Positions 43,408-56,804 of a DNA stretch of 64,000 bases are shown here, piece after piece; the stretch's first letter is position 1; every line of letters starts with the position of its first letter. This DNA is from the human T2T-CHM13v2.0 reference genome, Homo sapiens: NCBI GenBank assembly GCA_009914755.4, contig CP086569.2:29088001-29152000 (forward strand), given 5' to 3'. Under the pieces are notes generated by a model. That model worked only from the letters and a program-made list of their open reading frames with translations. It made no database searches and was not told the DNA's origin. A program made the position numbers and the translations under genes.

Positions 43408-46241
43408 GGCCTGTCCATTACACTACATTCCCTTCCATTCCAATGAATTCCATTCCATTCCAATCCATTCCTTTCCTTTCGCTTGCATTCCATTCTATTC
43501 TCTTCTATTGCATACAATTTCACTCCATTCGTTCCCATTCAATTCAATTCCATTCCATTCAATTCCATTCCATTTGTTTCCATTCTCTTCGATTCCACTT
43601 CTTTATATTCCATGCCATTCGATTCCATTCTATTGGATTGCATTACATTCGTGTTCATTCCATTCCAGACCATTCCATTTGACTCCATTCCTTTCGAGCC
43701 CTTTCAATTTGAGTCCATTTCATTTCAGTCCATTCGCTTCCTTTCCTTTCGATTCAATTCCATTTGATTCCACTCCATTCTATGCGATTTCATTCCAATC
43801 GATTCAATTCCATTCGATGACATTCCTTTCGTTTCCATTCCATTCGATTCCATTCAATTTGCGCATTCGTGTCCATTCTATTCGAGTCCATTCCATTACC
43901 GTCTATTCTATTCCCTTCCATTCCTGTTGATTCAATTTCATTCCCTTCCATTCGATTCCTTTCCATTCGATTCCATTCCTTTCCATTCCATTCCATTCGT
44001 TCCCATTCCATGTGATTTCATTCCATTCCAGTCCATTATATTCGAGTCCACTCCACTCCATTCTATTACATTCAATTCCTTTTGAGTCCGTTCCATAACA
44101 CTCCATTCATTTCGATTCCATTTCTTGCCAGTTTTCTTCCATTTTATTCCATTCCGTTCGATTCCATTCCATTCGATTGCATTCCATTCGAATCCTTTCC
44201 ATTCCATTTCATTCCATTCCTTTCTATTCCATTCCATTTCATTCGATTTGATTCCATTCTGTTCTATTCCATTCAATTCTTTTTCATTCCATTCGAATCC
44301 TTTCTATTGCAGTCCATTCCATTCGAGTCCATTCCAATCCCTTCCATTCCATTCCATTACAGTCCATTCCAATAGATTCCATTCCTTTGCCTTCCATTCG
44401 AATCCATTCCATTCTAGTCCATTCCATTTGAGTCAATTCCATTCCATTCCATTCTATTCCTTTCCAATCCATTCGATTCCATTCGATTCAATTCCATTTG
44501 ATTCTCTTTCATTCTATTTTATTCCATGCCATTTGATTGCATTGCATTCCATTCCGTTTGATTCCAGTCCATTCAAGAAAGTTCCATTCCAGTCCATTGC
44601 TTTCCAGTCCATTCCATTCCACTCTAGTCTATTCCACTCCATTCCTTTCCATTCCATTCCATACTATTCCATTCCATTCCTTTGCATTCCGTTTCCAATC
44701 TATTCGAGTCCATTGCATTCCAGTCCAATCCATTCGATTACATTCCTTTTGATTCCCTGCCAGTCGATTGTATTGCATACTACACCATTCCAAAGGAGTC
44801 CATTCCATTCTATCTCAACACTTTCCATTCCACTCTGTTCGAGTCCATTCCATTCCAGTCCATTTAATTCAAGGGCATTCCATTCCATTCCATTCCATTT
44901 CATATTATTCCATTCCATTCAATTCCATTCCAGATGATTCCATTCCATTCTATACCATTGCTCTCTGTTCCATTCCATTCCATCTGTCTCCATTCCTTTC
45001 GTTTCGATTCCTTTCCATTCCATTCCATTACATTTGATCCTATTTTATTAAATTGCATTCTATTCGAGTGATTTCCATTCGAGTCCTTTCCTTTCGATTC
45101 CATTCCTTTGGATTCCATTCCATTCCGTTCCGTTCACATCAATTCCTTGCGATTCCATTACATTCGATTTCTTGCATTCGATTCCATTCCCTTTGACTCC
45201 ATTTCATTCGATTCCATTCCATTCCATTAATTTCCATTCCATTCGAGACCTTTCCATTGCAGTCTTTTCCCTTCGAGTCCATTCCGTTCGATTCCCTTCC
45301 ATTCGATTCCATTCCATTGGAGTCCGTACCAGTCGAGTCCATTCTATTCCAGTCCATTAGTTTCGACTCCATTGCATTCGAGTGCATTCCATTCCGTGGC
45401 TGTCCATTCCATTCCGTTTCATGCCATTCCATACGATTCCATTCAATTCGAGACCATTCTATTCCTGTCCATTCCTTGTGGTTCGATTCCATTTCACTCT
45501 AGTCCATTCCATTCCATTCAATTCCATTCGACTCTATTCCGTTCCATTCAATTCCATTCCATTCGATTCCATTTTTGTCGAGAACCTTCCATTACACTCC
45601 CTTCCATTCCAGTGCATTCCATTCCAGTCTCTTCAGTTCGATTCCATTCCATTCATTTCGATTCCTTTCCATTCCAGCCCATTCCATTCCATTCCATTCC
45701 TTTCCTTACCGTTTCATTAGATTCCATTGCATTCGATTCCATTCAATTCAATTCCGTGCTATTCAATTTGATTCATTTCCATTTAATTCCATTCCATTAG
45801 GTTCCATTCCGTTCGATTCCATTGCTTTCGAATCCATTCCATTGGAGTCCATTCACTTCCAGAACATTCCATTACAGTCGAATCCATTCGAGTACATTCC
45901 ATTAATGTTCATTACATTCTAATACATTCCATTCCATTGCATTCCATTCCATTCCATTCGATGCCATTCGATTCCATCCCATGCCAAATCATTGCATTCC
46001 TTTCCATTCCGTTCCTATCAATTCCATTCCTTTCGATATAGTTCGATTCTATTCACTTCCATTCCATTCGATTCCATTCCATTGGAGTCAATTCCTTTCG
46101 ACACCCAGCCTTTCCAGTCAATGATTTTGGAGTCCATTTTTTTGCATTCCATTACATTCTATGACATTCGATTCCGTTTCATTGCATTCCATTCCATACA
46201 TTTTTATTCCATTCGAGACTGTAACATTGCACTTTATTCCA
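43408..46241 (+). repeat. HSat3 HOR unit 13, a truncated 2834-bp unit carrying an internal ~719-bp deletion
   Basis: GGCC at 43408 and 46242. At 43711-43730, 'gagtccatt|tcatttcagtcc' joins sequence that in other units lies ~719 bp apart. In unit 2 the corresponding positions are 4615 and 5335. This unit is also an A/B hybrid in the 15-bp-insertion region: the insertion is absent but the B-type 'ccgttccgttcac' is present. Confidence 0.85.
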
Positions 46242-49200
46242 GGCCTGTCCATTACACTACATTCCCTTCCATTCCAATGAATTCCATTCCATTCCTATCC
46301 ATTCCTTCCTTTCGCTTTCATTCCATTCTATTCTCTTCTACTGCATACAATTTCACTCCATTCATTCCCATTCCATTCAATTCCATTCCATTCAATTCCA
46401 TTCCATTTGTTTCCATTCTCTTCGATTCCATTTCTTTATATTCCATGCCATTCGATTCCATTCTATTGGATTGCATTACATTCGTGTTCATTCCATTCCA
46501 GACCATTCCATTTGACTCCATTCCTTTCGAGCCCTTTCAATTTGACTCCATTCCTTTCCAGTCCATTTCACTCCAGTCCATTACTATCCATTCCATACCA
46601 TTCCATCCCATTCCATTCCGTTCCATTACATTCCATTCCATTGAATTCCATTCCATTCCATTCCATTGCACTGCACTCCATTCCATTACATTCTATTCTA
46701 TTTGAGTCGATTTTATTGCATTAGATTCTATTCCATTGGATTACTTTCCATTCGATTACATTCCATTCATGTACATTCCATTCCAGTCAATTACATTCGA
46801 GTTCATTTCGTTACATTCCTGTATATTCCATTGTATTTGATCCCATTCCTTTCAATTCGATTTCATTCGACTCCATTATATTCGATTCCATTCCACTCGA
46901 ATCCATTCCATTAGAGGACATTCCATTCCAATGCATTCCATTCCATTCCATAGCATTCCATTGCATTCGATTCCATTCCATTTGATGCCATTCCATTTGA
47001 TGCCATTCCATGACATTCCATTCCATTCGAGTCCATTCCGTTCCAATTCATTCCATTCCGTTTCATGAAATTCGAGTCCTTTCCAGTACATTTCATTCCA
47101 ATCCCATCCAATCCAATCTACTCCATTCAATTCCTTTCCATTCCACTTGATTAGATTCCATTGATTTGATTCCATTCAGTTTGATTCCATTCCGTGAAAT
47201 TTCGTTCCATTGTATTCCATTGCGTTACTTTCCATTCAATTCCATTCCATTTCATTTCAGTCCATTCGTTTCCTTTCCTTTCGATTCAATTCCATTTGAT
47301 TCCACTCCATTCTATGCGATTTCATTCCAATCGATTCAATTCCATTCGATGACATTCCTTTCGTTTCCATTCCATTCGAGTCCATTCAATTTGAGCATTC
47401 GTGTCCATTCTATTCGAGTCCATTCCATTACCGTCTATTCTATTCCCTTCCATTCCTGTTGATTCAATTTCATTCCCTTCCATTCGATTCCTTTCCATTC
47501 GATTCCATTCCTTTCCATTCCATTCCATTCGTTCCCATTCCATGTGATTTCATTCCATTCCAGTCCATTATATTCGAGTCCACTCCACTCCATTCTATTA
47601 CATTCAATTCCTTTTGAGTCCGTTCCATAACACTCCATTCATTTCGATTCCATTTCTTGCCAGTTTTCTTCCATTTTATTCCATTCCGTTCGATTCCATT
47701 CCATTCGATTGCATTCCATTCGAATCCTTTCCATTCCATTTCATTCCATTCCTTTCTATTCCATTCCATTTCATTCGATTTGATTCCATTCTGTTCAATT
47801 CCATTCAATTCTTTTTCATTCCATTCGAATCCTTTCTATTTCAGTCCATTCCATTCGAGTCCATTCCAATCCCTTCCATTCCATTCCATTACTGTCCATT
47901 CCAATAGATTCCATTCCTTTGCCTTCCATTCGAATCCATTCCATTCTAGTCCATTCCATTTGAGTCAATTCCATTCCATTCCATTCTATTCCTTTCCAAA
48001 CCATTCGATTCCATTCGATTCAATTCCATTTGATTCTCTTTCATTCTATTTTATTCCATGCCATTTGATTGCATTGCATTCCATTCCGTTTGATTCCAGT
48101 ACATTCAAGAAAGTTCCATTCCAGTCCATTGCTTTCGAGTCCATTCCATTCCACTCTAGTCTATTCCACTCCATTCCTTTCCATTCCATTCCATACTATT
48201 CCATTCCATTCCTTTGCATTCCGTTTCCAATCTATTCGAGTCCATTGCATTCCAGTCCAATCCATTCGATTACATTCCTTTTGATTCCCTGCCAGTCGAT
48301 TGCATTGCATACTAGACCATTCCAAAGGAGTCCATTCCATTCTATCTCAACACTTTCCATTCCACTCTGTTCGAGTCCATTCCATTCCAGTCCATTTAAT
48401 TCAAGGGCATTCCATTCCAATCCATTCCATTTCATATTATTCCGTTCCATTCAATTCCATTCCAGATGATTCCATTCCATTCTATACCATTGCTCTCTGT
48501 TCCATTCCATTCCATCTGCCTCCATTCCTTTCGTTTCGATTCCTTTCCATTCCATTCCATTCCATTTGATCCTATTTTATTAAATTGCATTCTATTCGAG
48601 TCATTTCCATTCGAGTCCTTTCCATTAGATTCCATTCCATTCTATTCCATTCCTTTGGATTCTATTCCATTCCGTTCCGTTCACATCCATTCCTTGCGAT
48701 TCCATTACATTCGATTTCTTGCCATTCGATTCCATTCCTTTTGACTCCATTTCATTCGATTCCATTCCATTCCATTAATTTCCATTCCATTCGAGACCTT
48801 TCCATTGCAGTCTTTTCCCTTCGAGTCCATTCCGTTCGATTCCCTTCCATTCGATTCCATTCCATTGGAGTCCGTACCAGTCGAGTCCATTCTATTCCAG
48901 TCCATTAGTTTCCACTCCATTGCATTCGAGTGCATTCCATTCCGTGGCTGTCCATTCCATTCCGTTTGATGCCATTCCATACGATTCCATTCAATTCGAG
49001 ACCATTCTATTCCTGTCCATTCCTTGTGCTTCGATTCCATTTCACTCTAGTCCATTCCATTCCATTCAATTCCATTCGACTCTATTCCGTTCCATTCCAT
49101 TCCATTCCATTCGATTCCATTTTTTTGGAGAACCTTCCAGTACACTCCCTTCCATTCCAGTGCATTCCATTCCAGTCTCTTCAGTTCGATTCCATTCCAT

Positions 49201-49789
49201 TCGTTTCGATTCCTTTCCATTCCAGCCCATTCCATTCCATTCCATTCCTTTCTTTTCCGTTTCTTTAGATTCTATTGCATTCGATTCCATTCAATTCAAT
49301 TCCGTGCTATTCAATTTGATTCATTTCCATTTAATTCCATTCCATTAGATTCCATTCCGTTCGATTCCATTCCTTTCGAATCCATTCCATTGGATTCCAT
49401 TCACTTCCAGAACATTCCATTCCAGTCGAATCCATTCGAGGACATTCCATTAAAGTTCATTACATTCTAATACATTCCATTCCATTGCATTCCATTCCAT
49501 TCCATTCGATGCCATTCGATTCCATTCCATGCCAAATCATTGCATTCCTTTCCATTCCGTTCCTATCAATTCCATTCCATTCGATTTAGTTCGATTCTAT
49601 TCACTTCCATTCCATTCGATTCCATTCCATTGGAGTCAATTCCTTTGGACACCCAGCCTTTCCAGTCAATGTTTTTGGATTCCATTTTTTTGCATTCCAT
49701 TACATTCTATGACATTCGATTCCGTTTCATTGCATTCCATTCCATACATTTTTATTCCATTCGAGACCGTAGCATTCCACTTTATTCCA
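46242..49789 (+). repeat. HSat3 HOR unit 14 (3548 bp). Subtype B.
   Basis: GGCC at 46242 and 49790. Confidence 0.9.
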
Positions 49790-52700
49790 GGCCTGTCCAT
49801 TACACTACATTCCCTTCCATTCCAGTGAATTCCATTCCATTCCAATCCATTCCTTTCCTTTCGCTTGCATTCCATTCTATTCTCTTCTACTGCATACAAT
49901 TTCACTCCATTCGTTCCCGTTCCATTCAATTCCATTCCGTTTGTTTCCATTCTCTTCGATTCCATTTCTTTATATTCCATGCCATTCGATTCCATTCTAT
50001 TGGATTGCATTACATAAGTGTTCATTCCATTCCAGACCATTCCATTTGACTCCATTCCTTTCGAGCCCTTTCAATTTGAGTCCATTCCTTTCCAGTCCAT
50101 TTCACTCCAGTCCATTACTATCCATTCCATACCATTCCATCCGATTCCATTGCATTCCATTCCATTCCATTCCATTCCATTGCACTGCACTCCATTCCAT
50201 TACATTCTACTCTATCTGAGTCGATTTTATTGCATTAGATTCTATTCCATTGGATTACTTTCCATTCGATTACATTCCATTCATGTACATTCCATTCCAG
50301 TCAATTACATTCGAGTTCATTACGTTACATTCCAGTATATTCCATTCTATTCGATCCCATTCCTTTCAATTCTATTTCATACGACTCCATTATATTCGAT
50401 TCCATTCCACTCGAATCCATTCCATTAGAGGACATTCCATTCCAATGCATTCCATTCCATTCCATAGCATTCCATTGCATTCGATTCCATTCCATTTGAT
50501 GCCATTCCATTTGATGCCATTCCATGACATTCCATTCCATTCGAGTCCATTCCGTTCCAATTCATTCCATTCCGTTTCATGAAATTCGAGTCCTTTCCAG
50601 TACATTTCATTCCAATCCCATCCAATCCAATCTACTCCATTCAATTCCTTTCCATTCCATTTGATTTGATTCCATTCAGTTTGATTCCATTCCGTGAAAT
50701 TTCGTTCCATTCTATTCCATTGCATTACTTTCCATTCAATTCCATTCCATTTCATTTCAGTCCATTCGCTTCCTTTCCTTTCGATTCAATTCCATTTGAT
50801 TCCACTCCATTCTATGCGATTTCATTCCAATCGATTCAATTCCATTCGATGACGTTCCTTTCGTTTCCATTCCATTCGAGTCCATTGAATTTGAGCATTC
50901 GTGTCCATTCTATTCGAGTCCATTCCATTACCGTCTATTCTATTCCCTTCCATTCCTGTTGATTCAATTTCATTCCCTTCCATTCGATTCCTTTCCATTC
51001 GATTCCATTCCTTTCCATTCCATTCCATTCGTTCCCATTCCATGTGATTTCATTCCATTCCAGTCCATTATATTCGAGTCCACTCCACTCCATTCTATTA
51101 CATTCAATTCCTTTTGAGTCCGTTCCATAACACTCCATTCATTTCGATTCCATTTCTTGCCAGTTTTCTTCCATTTTATTCCATTCCGTTCGATTCCATT
51201 CCATTCGATTGCATTCCATTCGAATCCTTTCCATTCCATTTCATTCCATTCCTTTCTATTCCATTCCATTTCATTCGATTTGATTCCATTCTGTTCTATT
51301 CCATTCAATTCTTTTTCATTCCATTCGAATCCTTTCTATTGCAGTCCATTCCATTCGAGTCCATTCCAATCCCTTCCATTCCATTCCATTACAGTCCATT
51401 CCAATAGATTCCATTCCTTTGTCTTCCATTCGAATCCATTCCATTCTAGTCCATTCCATTTGAGTCAATTCCATTCCATTCCATTCTATTCCTTTCCAAT
51501 CCATTCGATTCCATTCGATTCAATTCCATTTGATTCTCTTTCATTCTATTTTATTCCATGCCATTTGATTGCATTGCATTCCATTCCGTTTGATTCCAGT
51601 CCATTCAAGAAAGTTCCATTCCAGTCCATTGCTTTCCAGTCCATTCCATTCCACTCTAGTCTATTCCACTCCATTCCTTTCCATTCCATTCCATACTATT
51701 CCATTCCATTCCTTTGCATTCCGTTTCCAATCTATTCGAGTCCATTGCATTCCAGTCCAATCCATTCGATTACATTCCTTTTGATTCCCTGCCAGTCGAT
51801 TGTATTGCATACTAGACCATTCCAAAGGAGTCCATTCCATTCTATCTCAACACTTTCCATTCCACTCTGTTCGAGTCCATTCTATTCCAGTCCATTTAAT
51901 TCAAGGGCATACCATTCCATTCCATTCCATTTCATATTATTCCATTCCATTCAATTCCATTCCAGATGATTCCTTTCCATTCTCTACCATTGCTCTCTAT
52001 TCCATTCCATTCCATCTGTCTCCATTCCTTTCGTTTCGATTCCTTTCCATTCCATTCCATTCCATTTGATCCTATTTTATTAAATTGCATTCTATTCGAG
52101 TGATTTCCATTCGAGTCCTTTCCATTAGATTCCATTCCATTCTATTCCATTCCTTTGCATTCTATTCCATTCCGTTCCGTTCACATCCATTCCTTGCGAT
52201 TCCATTACATTCGATTTCTTGCCCTTCGATTCCATTCCTTTTGACTCCATTTCATTCGATTCCATTCCATTCCATTAATTTCCATTCCATTCGAGACCTT
52301 TCCATTGCAGTCTTTTCCCTTCGAGTCCATTCCGTTCGATTCCCTTCCATTCGATTCCATTCCATTGGAGTCCGTACCAGTCGAGTCCATTCTATTCCAG
52401 TCCATTAGTTTCCACTCCATTGCATTCGAGTGCATTCCATTCCGTGGCTGTCCATTCCATTCCGTTTGATGCCATTCCATACGATTCCATTCAATTCGAG
52501 ACCATTCTATTCCTGTCCATTCCTTGTGGTTCGATTCCATTTCACTCTAGTCCATTCCATTCCATTCAATTCCATTCGACTCTATTCTGTTCCATTCCAT
52601 TCCATTCCATTCGATTCCATTTTTTTCGAGAACCTTCCAGTACACTCCCTTCCATTCCAGTGCATTCCATTCCAGTCTCTTCAGTTCGATTCCATTCCAT

Positions 52701-53289
52701 TCGTTTCGATTCCTTTCCATTCCAGCCCATTCCGTTCCATTCCATTCCTTTCCTTTCCGTTTCTTTAGATTCCATTGCATTCGATTCCATTCAATTCAAT
52801 TCCGTGCTATTCAATTTGATTCATTTCCATTTAATTCCATTCCATTAGATTCCATTCCGTTCGATTCCATTCCTTTCGAATCCATTCCATTGGATTCCAT
52901 TCACTTCCAGAACATTCCATTCCAGTCGAATCCATTCGAGTACATTCCATTAAAGTTCATTACATTCTAATACATTCCATTCCATTGCATTCCATTCCAT
53001 TCCATTCGATGCCATTCGATTCCATTCCATGCCAAATCATTGCATTCCTTTCCATTCCGTTCCTATCAATTCCATTCCATTCGATTTAGTTCGATTCTAT
53101 TCACTTCCATTCCATTCGATTCCATTCCATTGGAGTCAATTCCTTTGGACACCCAGCCTTTCCAGTCAATGTTTTTGGATTCCATTTTTTTGCATTCCAT
53201 TACATTCTATGACATTCGATTCCGTTTCATTGCATTCCATTCCATACATTTTTATTCCATTCGAGACCGTAGCATTCCACTTTATTCCA
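49790..53289 (+). repeat. HSat3 HOR unit 15 (3500 bp), belonging to the short distal haplotype
   Basis: GGCC at 49790 and 53290. There are 15-bp deletions near 49941 and near 50650 ('ttgattatattccattgatttgatt' becomes 'ttgatttgatt'). It shares variants with units 14-17 ('caatgtttttgg', 'cataagtg' and the 74-aa minus-strand ORF variant). Confidence 0.9.
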
Positions 53290-56200
53290 GGCCTGTCCAT
53301 TACACTACATTCCCTTCCATTCCAATGAATTCCATTCCATTCCAATCCATTCCTTTCCTTTCGCTTGCATTCCATTCTATTCTCTTCTACTGCATACAAT
53401 TTCACTCCATTCGTTCCCGTTCCATTCAATTCCATTCCATTCAATTCCATTCCGTTTGTTTCCATTCTCTTCGATTCCATTTCTTTATATTCCATGCCAT
53501 TCGATTCCATTCTATTGGATTGCATTACATAAGTGTTCATTCCATTCCAGACCATTCCATTTGACTCCATTCCTTTCGAGCCCTTTCAATTTGAGTCCCT
53601 TCCTTTCCAGTCCATTTCACTCCAGTCCATTACTATCCATTCCATACCATTCCATCCGATTCCATTGCATTCCATTCCATTCCATTCCATTCCATTGCAC
53701 TGCACTCCATTCCATTACATTCTACTCTATCTGAGTCGATTTTATTGCATTAGATTCTATTCCATTGGATTACTTTCCATTCGATTACATTCCATTCATG
53801 TACATTCCATTCCAGTCAATTACATTCGAGTTCATTACGTTACATTCCAGTATATTCCATTCTATTCGATCCCATTCCTTTCAATTCTATTTCATTCGAC
53901 TCCATTATATTCGATTCCATTCCACTCGAATCCATTCCATTAGAGGACATTCCATTCCAATGCATTCCATTCCATTCCATAGCATTCCATTGCATTCGAT
54001 TCCATTCCATTTGATGCCATTCCATTTGATGCCATTCCATGACATTCCATTCCATTCGAGTCCATTCCGTTCCAATTCATTCCATTCCGTTTCATGAAAT
54101 TCGAGTCCTTTCCAGTACATTTCATTCCAATCCCATCCAATCCAATCTACTCCATTCAATTCCTTTCCATTTCATTTGATTTGATTCCATTCAGTTTGAT
54201 TCCATTCCGTGAAATTTCGTTCCATTCTATTCCATTGCATTACTTTCCATTCAATTCCATTCCATTTCATTTCAGTCCATTCGCTTCCTTTCCTTTCGAT
54301 TCAATTCCATTTGATTCCACTCCATTCTATGCGATTTCATTCCAATCGATTCAATTCCATTCGATGACATTCCTTTCGTTTCCATTCCATTCGAGTCCAT
54401 TCAATTTGAGCATTCGTGTCCATTCTATTCGAGTCCATTCCATTACCGTCTATTCTATTCCCTTCCATTCCTGTTGATTCAATTTCATTCCCTTCCATTC
54501 GATTCCTTTCCATTCGATTCCATTCCTTTCCATTCCATTCCATTCGTTCCCATTCCATGTGATTTCATTCCTTTACAGTCCATTATATTCGAGTCCACTC
54601 CACTCCATTCTATTACATTCAATTCCTTTTGAGTCCGTTCCATAACACTCCATTCATTTCGATTCCATTTCTTGCCAGTTTTCTTCCATTTTATTCCATT
54701 CCGTTCGATTCCATTCCATTCGATTGCATTCCATTCGAATCCTTTCCATTCCATTTCATTCCATTCCTTTCTATTCCATTCCATTTCATTCGATTTGATT
54801 CCATTCTGTTCTATTCCATTCAATTCTTTTTCATTCCATTCGAATCCTTTCTATTGCAGTCCATTCCATTCGAGTCCATTCCAATCCCTTCCATTCCATT
54901 CCATTACAGTCCATTCCAATAGATTCCATTCCTTTGTCTTCCATTCGAATCCATTCCATTCTAGTCCATTCCATTTGAGTCAATTCCATTCCATTCCATT
55001 CTATTCCTTTCCAATCCATTCGATTCCATTCGATTCAATTCCATTTGATTCTCTTTCATTCTATTTTATTCCATGCCATTTGATTGCATTGCATTCCATT
55101 CCGTTTGATTCCAGTCCATTCAAGAAAGTTCCATTCCAGTCCATTGCTTTCCAGTCCATTCCATTCCACTCTAGTCTATTCCACTCCATTCCTTTCCATT
55201 CCATTCCATACTATTCCATTCCATTCCTTTGCATTCCGTTTCCAATCTATTCGAGTCCATTGCATTCCAGTCCAATCCATTCGATTACATTCCTTTTGAT
55301 TCCCTGCCAGTCGATTGCATTGCATACTACACCATTCCAAAGGAGTCCATTCCATTCTATCTCAACACTTTCCATTCCACTCTGTTCGAGTCCATTCCAT
55401 TCCAGTCCATTTAATTCAAGGGCATACCATTCCATTCCATTCCATTTCATATTATTCCATTCCATTCAATTCCATTCCAGATGATTCCTTTCCATTCTCT
55501 ACCATTGCTCTCTATTCCATTCCATTCCATCTGTCTCCATTCCTTTCGTTTCGATTCCTTTCCATTCCATTCCATTCCATTTGATCCTATTTTATTAAAT
55601 TGCATTCTATTCGAGTGATTTCCATTCGAGTCCTTTCCATTAGATTCCATTCCATTCTATTCCATTCCTTTGGATTCTATTCCATTCCGTTCAGTTCACA
55701 TCCATTCCTTGCGATTCCATTACATTCGATTTCTTGCCATTCGATTCCATTCCTTTCGACTCCATTTCATTCGATTCCATTCCATTCCATTAATTTCCAT
55801 TCCATTCGAGACCTTTCCATTGCAGTCTTTTCCCTTCGAGTCCATTCCGTTCGATTCCCTTCCATTCGATTCCATTCCATTGGAGTCCGTACCAGTCGAG
55901 TCCATTCTATTCCAGTCCATTAGTTTCCACTCCATTGCATTCGAGTGCATTCCATTCCGTGGCTGTCCATTCCATTCCGTTTGATGCCATTCCATACGAT
56001 TCCATTCAATTCGAGACCATTCTATTCCTGTCCATTCCTTGTGGTTCGATTCCATTTCACTCTAGTCCATTCCATTCCATTCAATTCCATTCGACTCTAT
56101 TCTCTTCCATTCCATTCCATTCCATTCGATTCCATTTTTTTCGAGAACCTTCCTGTACACTCCCTTCCATTCCAGTGCATTCCATTCCAGTCTCTTCAGT

Positions 56201-56804
56201 TCGATTCCATTCCATTCGTTTCGATTCCTTTCCATTCCAGCCCATTCCATTCCATTCCATTCCTTTCCTTTCCGTTTCTTTAGATTCCATCGCATTCGAT
56301 TCCATTCAATTCAATTCCGTGCTATTCAATTTGATTCATTTCCATTTAATTCCATTCCATTAGATTCCATTCCGTTCGATTCCATTCCTTTCGAATCCAT
56401 TCCATTGGATTCCATTCACTTCCAGAACATTCCATTCCAGTCGAATCCATTCGAGTACATTCCATTAAAGTTCATTACATTCTAATACATTCCATTCCAT
56501 TGCATTCCATTCCATTCCATTCGATGCCATTCGATTCCATTCCATGCCAAATCATTGCATTCCTTTCCATTCCGTTCCTATCAATTCCATTCCATTCGAT
56601 TTAGTTCGATTCTATTCACTTCCATTCCATTCGATTCCATTCCATTGGAGTCAATTCCTTTGGACACCCAGCCTTTCCAGTCAATGTTTTTGGATTCCAT
56701 TTTTTTGCATTCCATTACATTCTATGACATTCGATTCCGTTTCATTGCATTCCATTCCATACATTTTTATTCCATTCGAGACCGTAGCATTCCACTTTAT
56801 TCCA
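53290..56804 (+). repeat. HSat3 HOR unit 16 (3515 bp), distal haplotype
   Basis: GGCC at 53290 and 56805. Confidence 0.9.
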
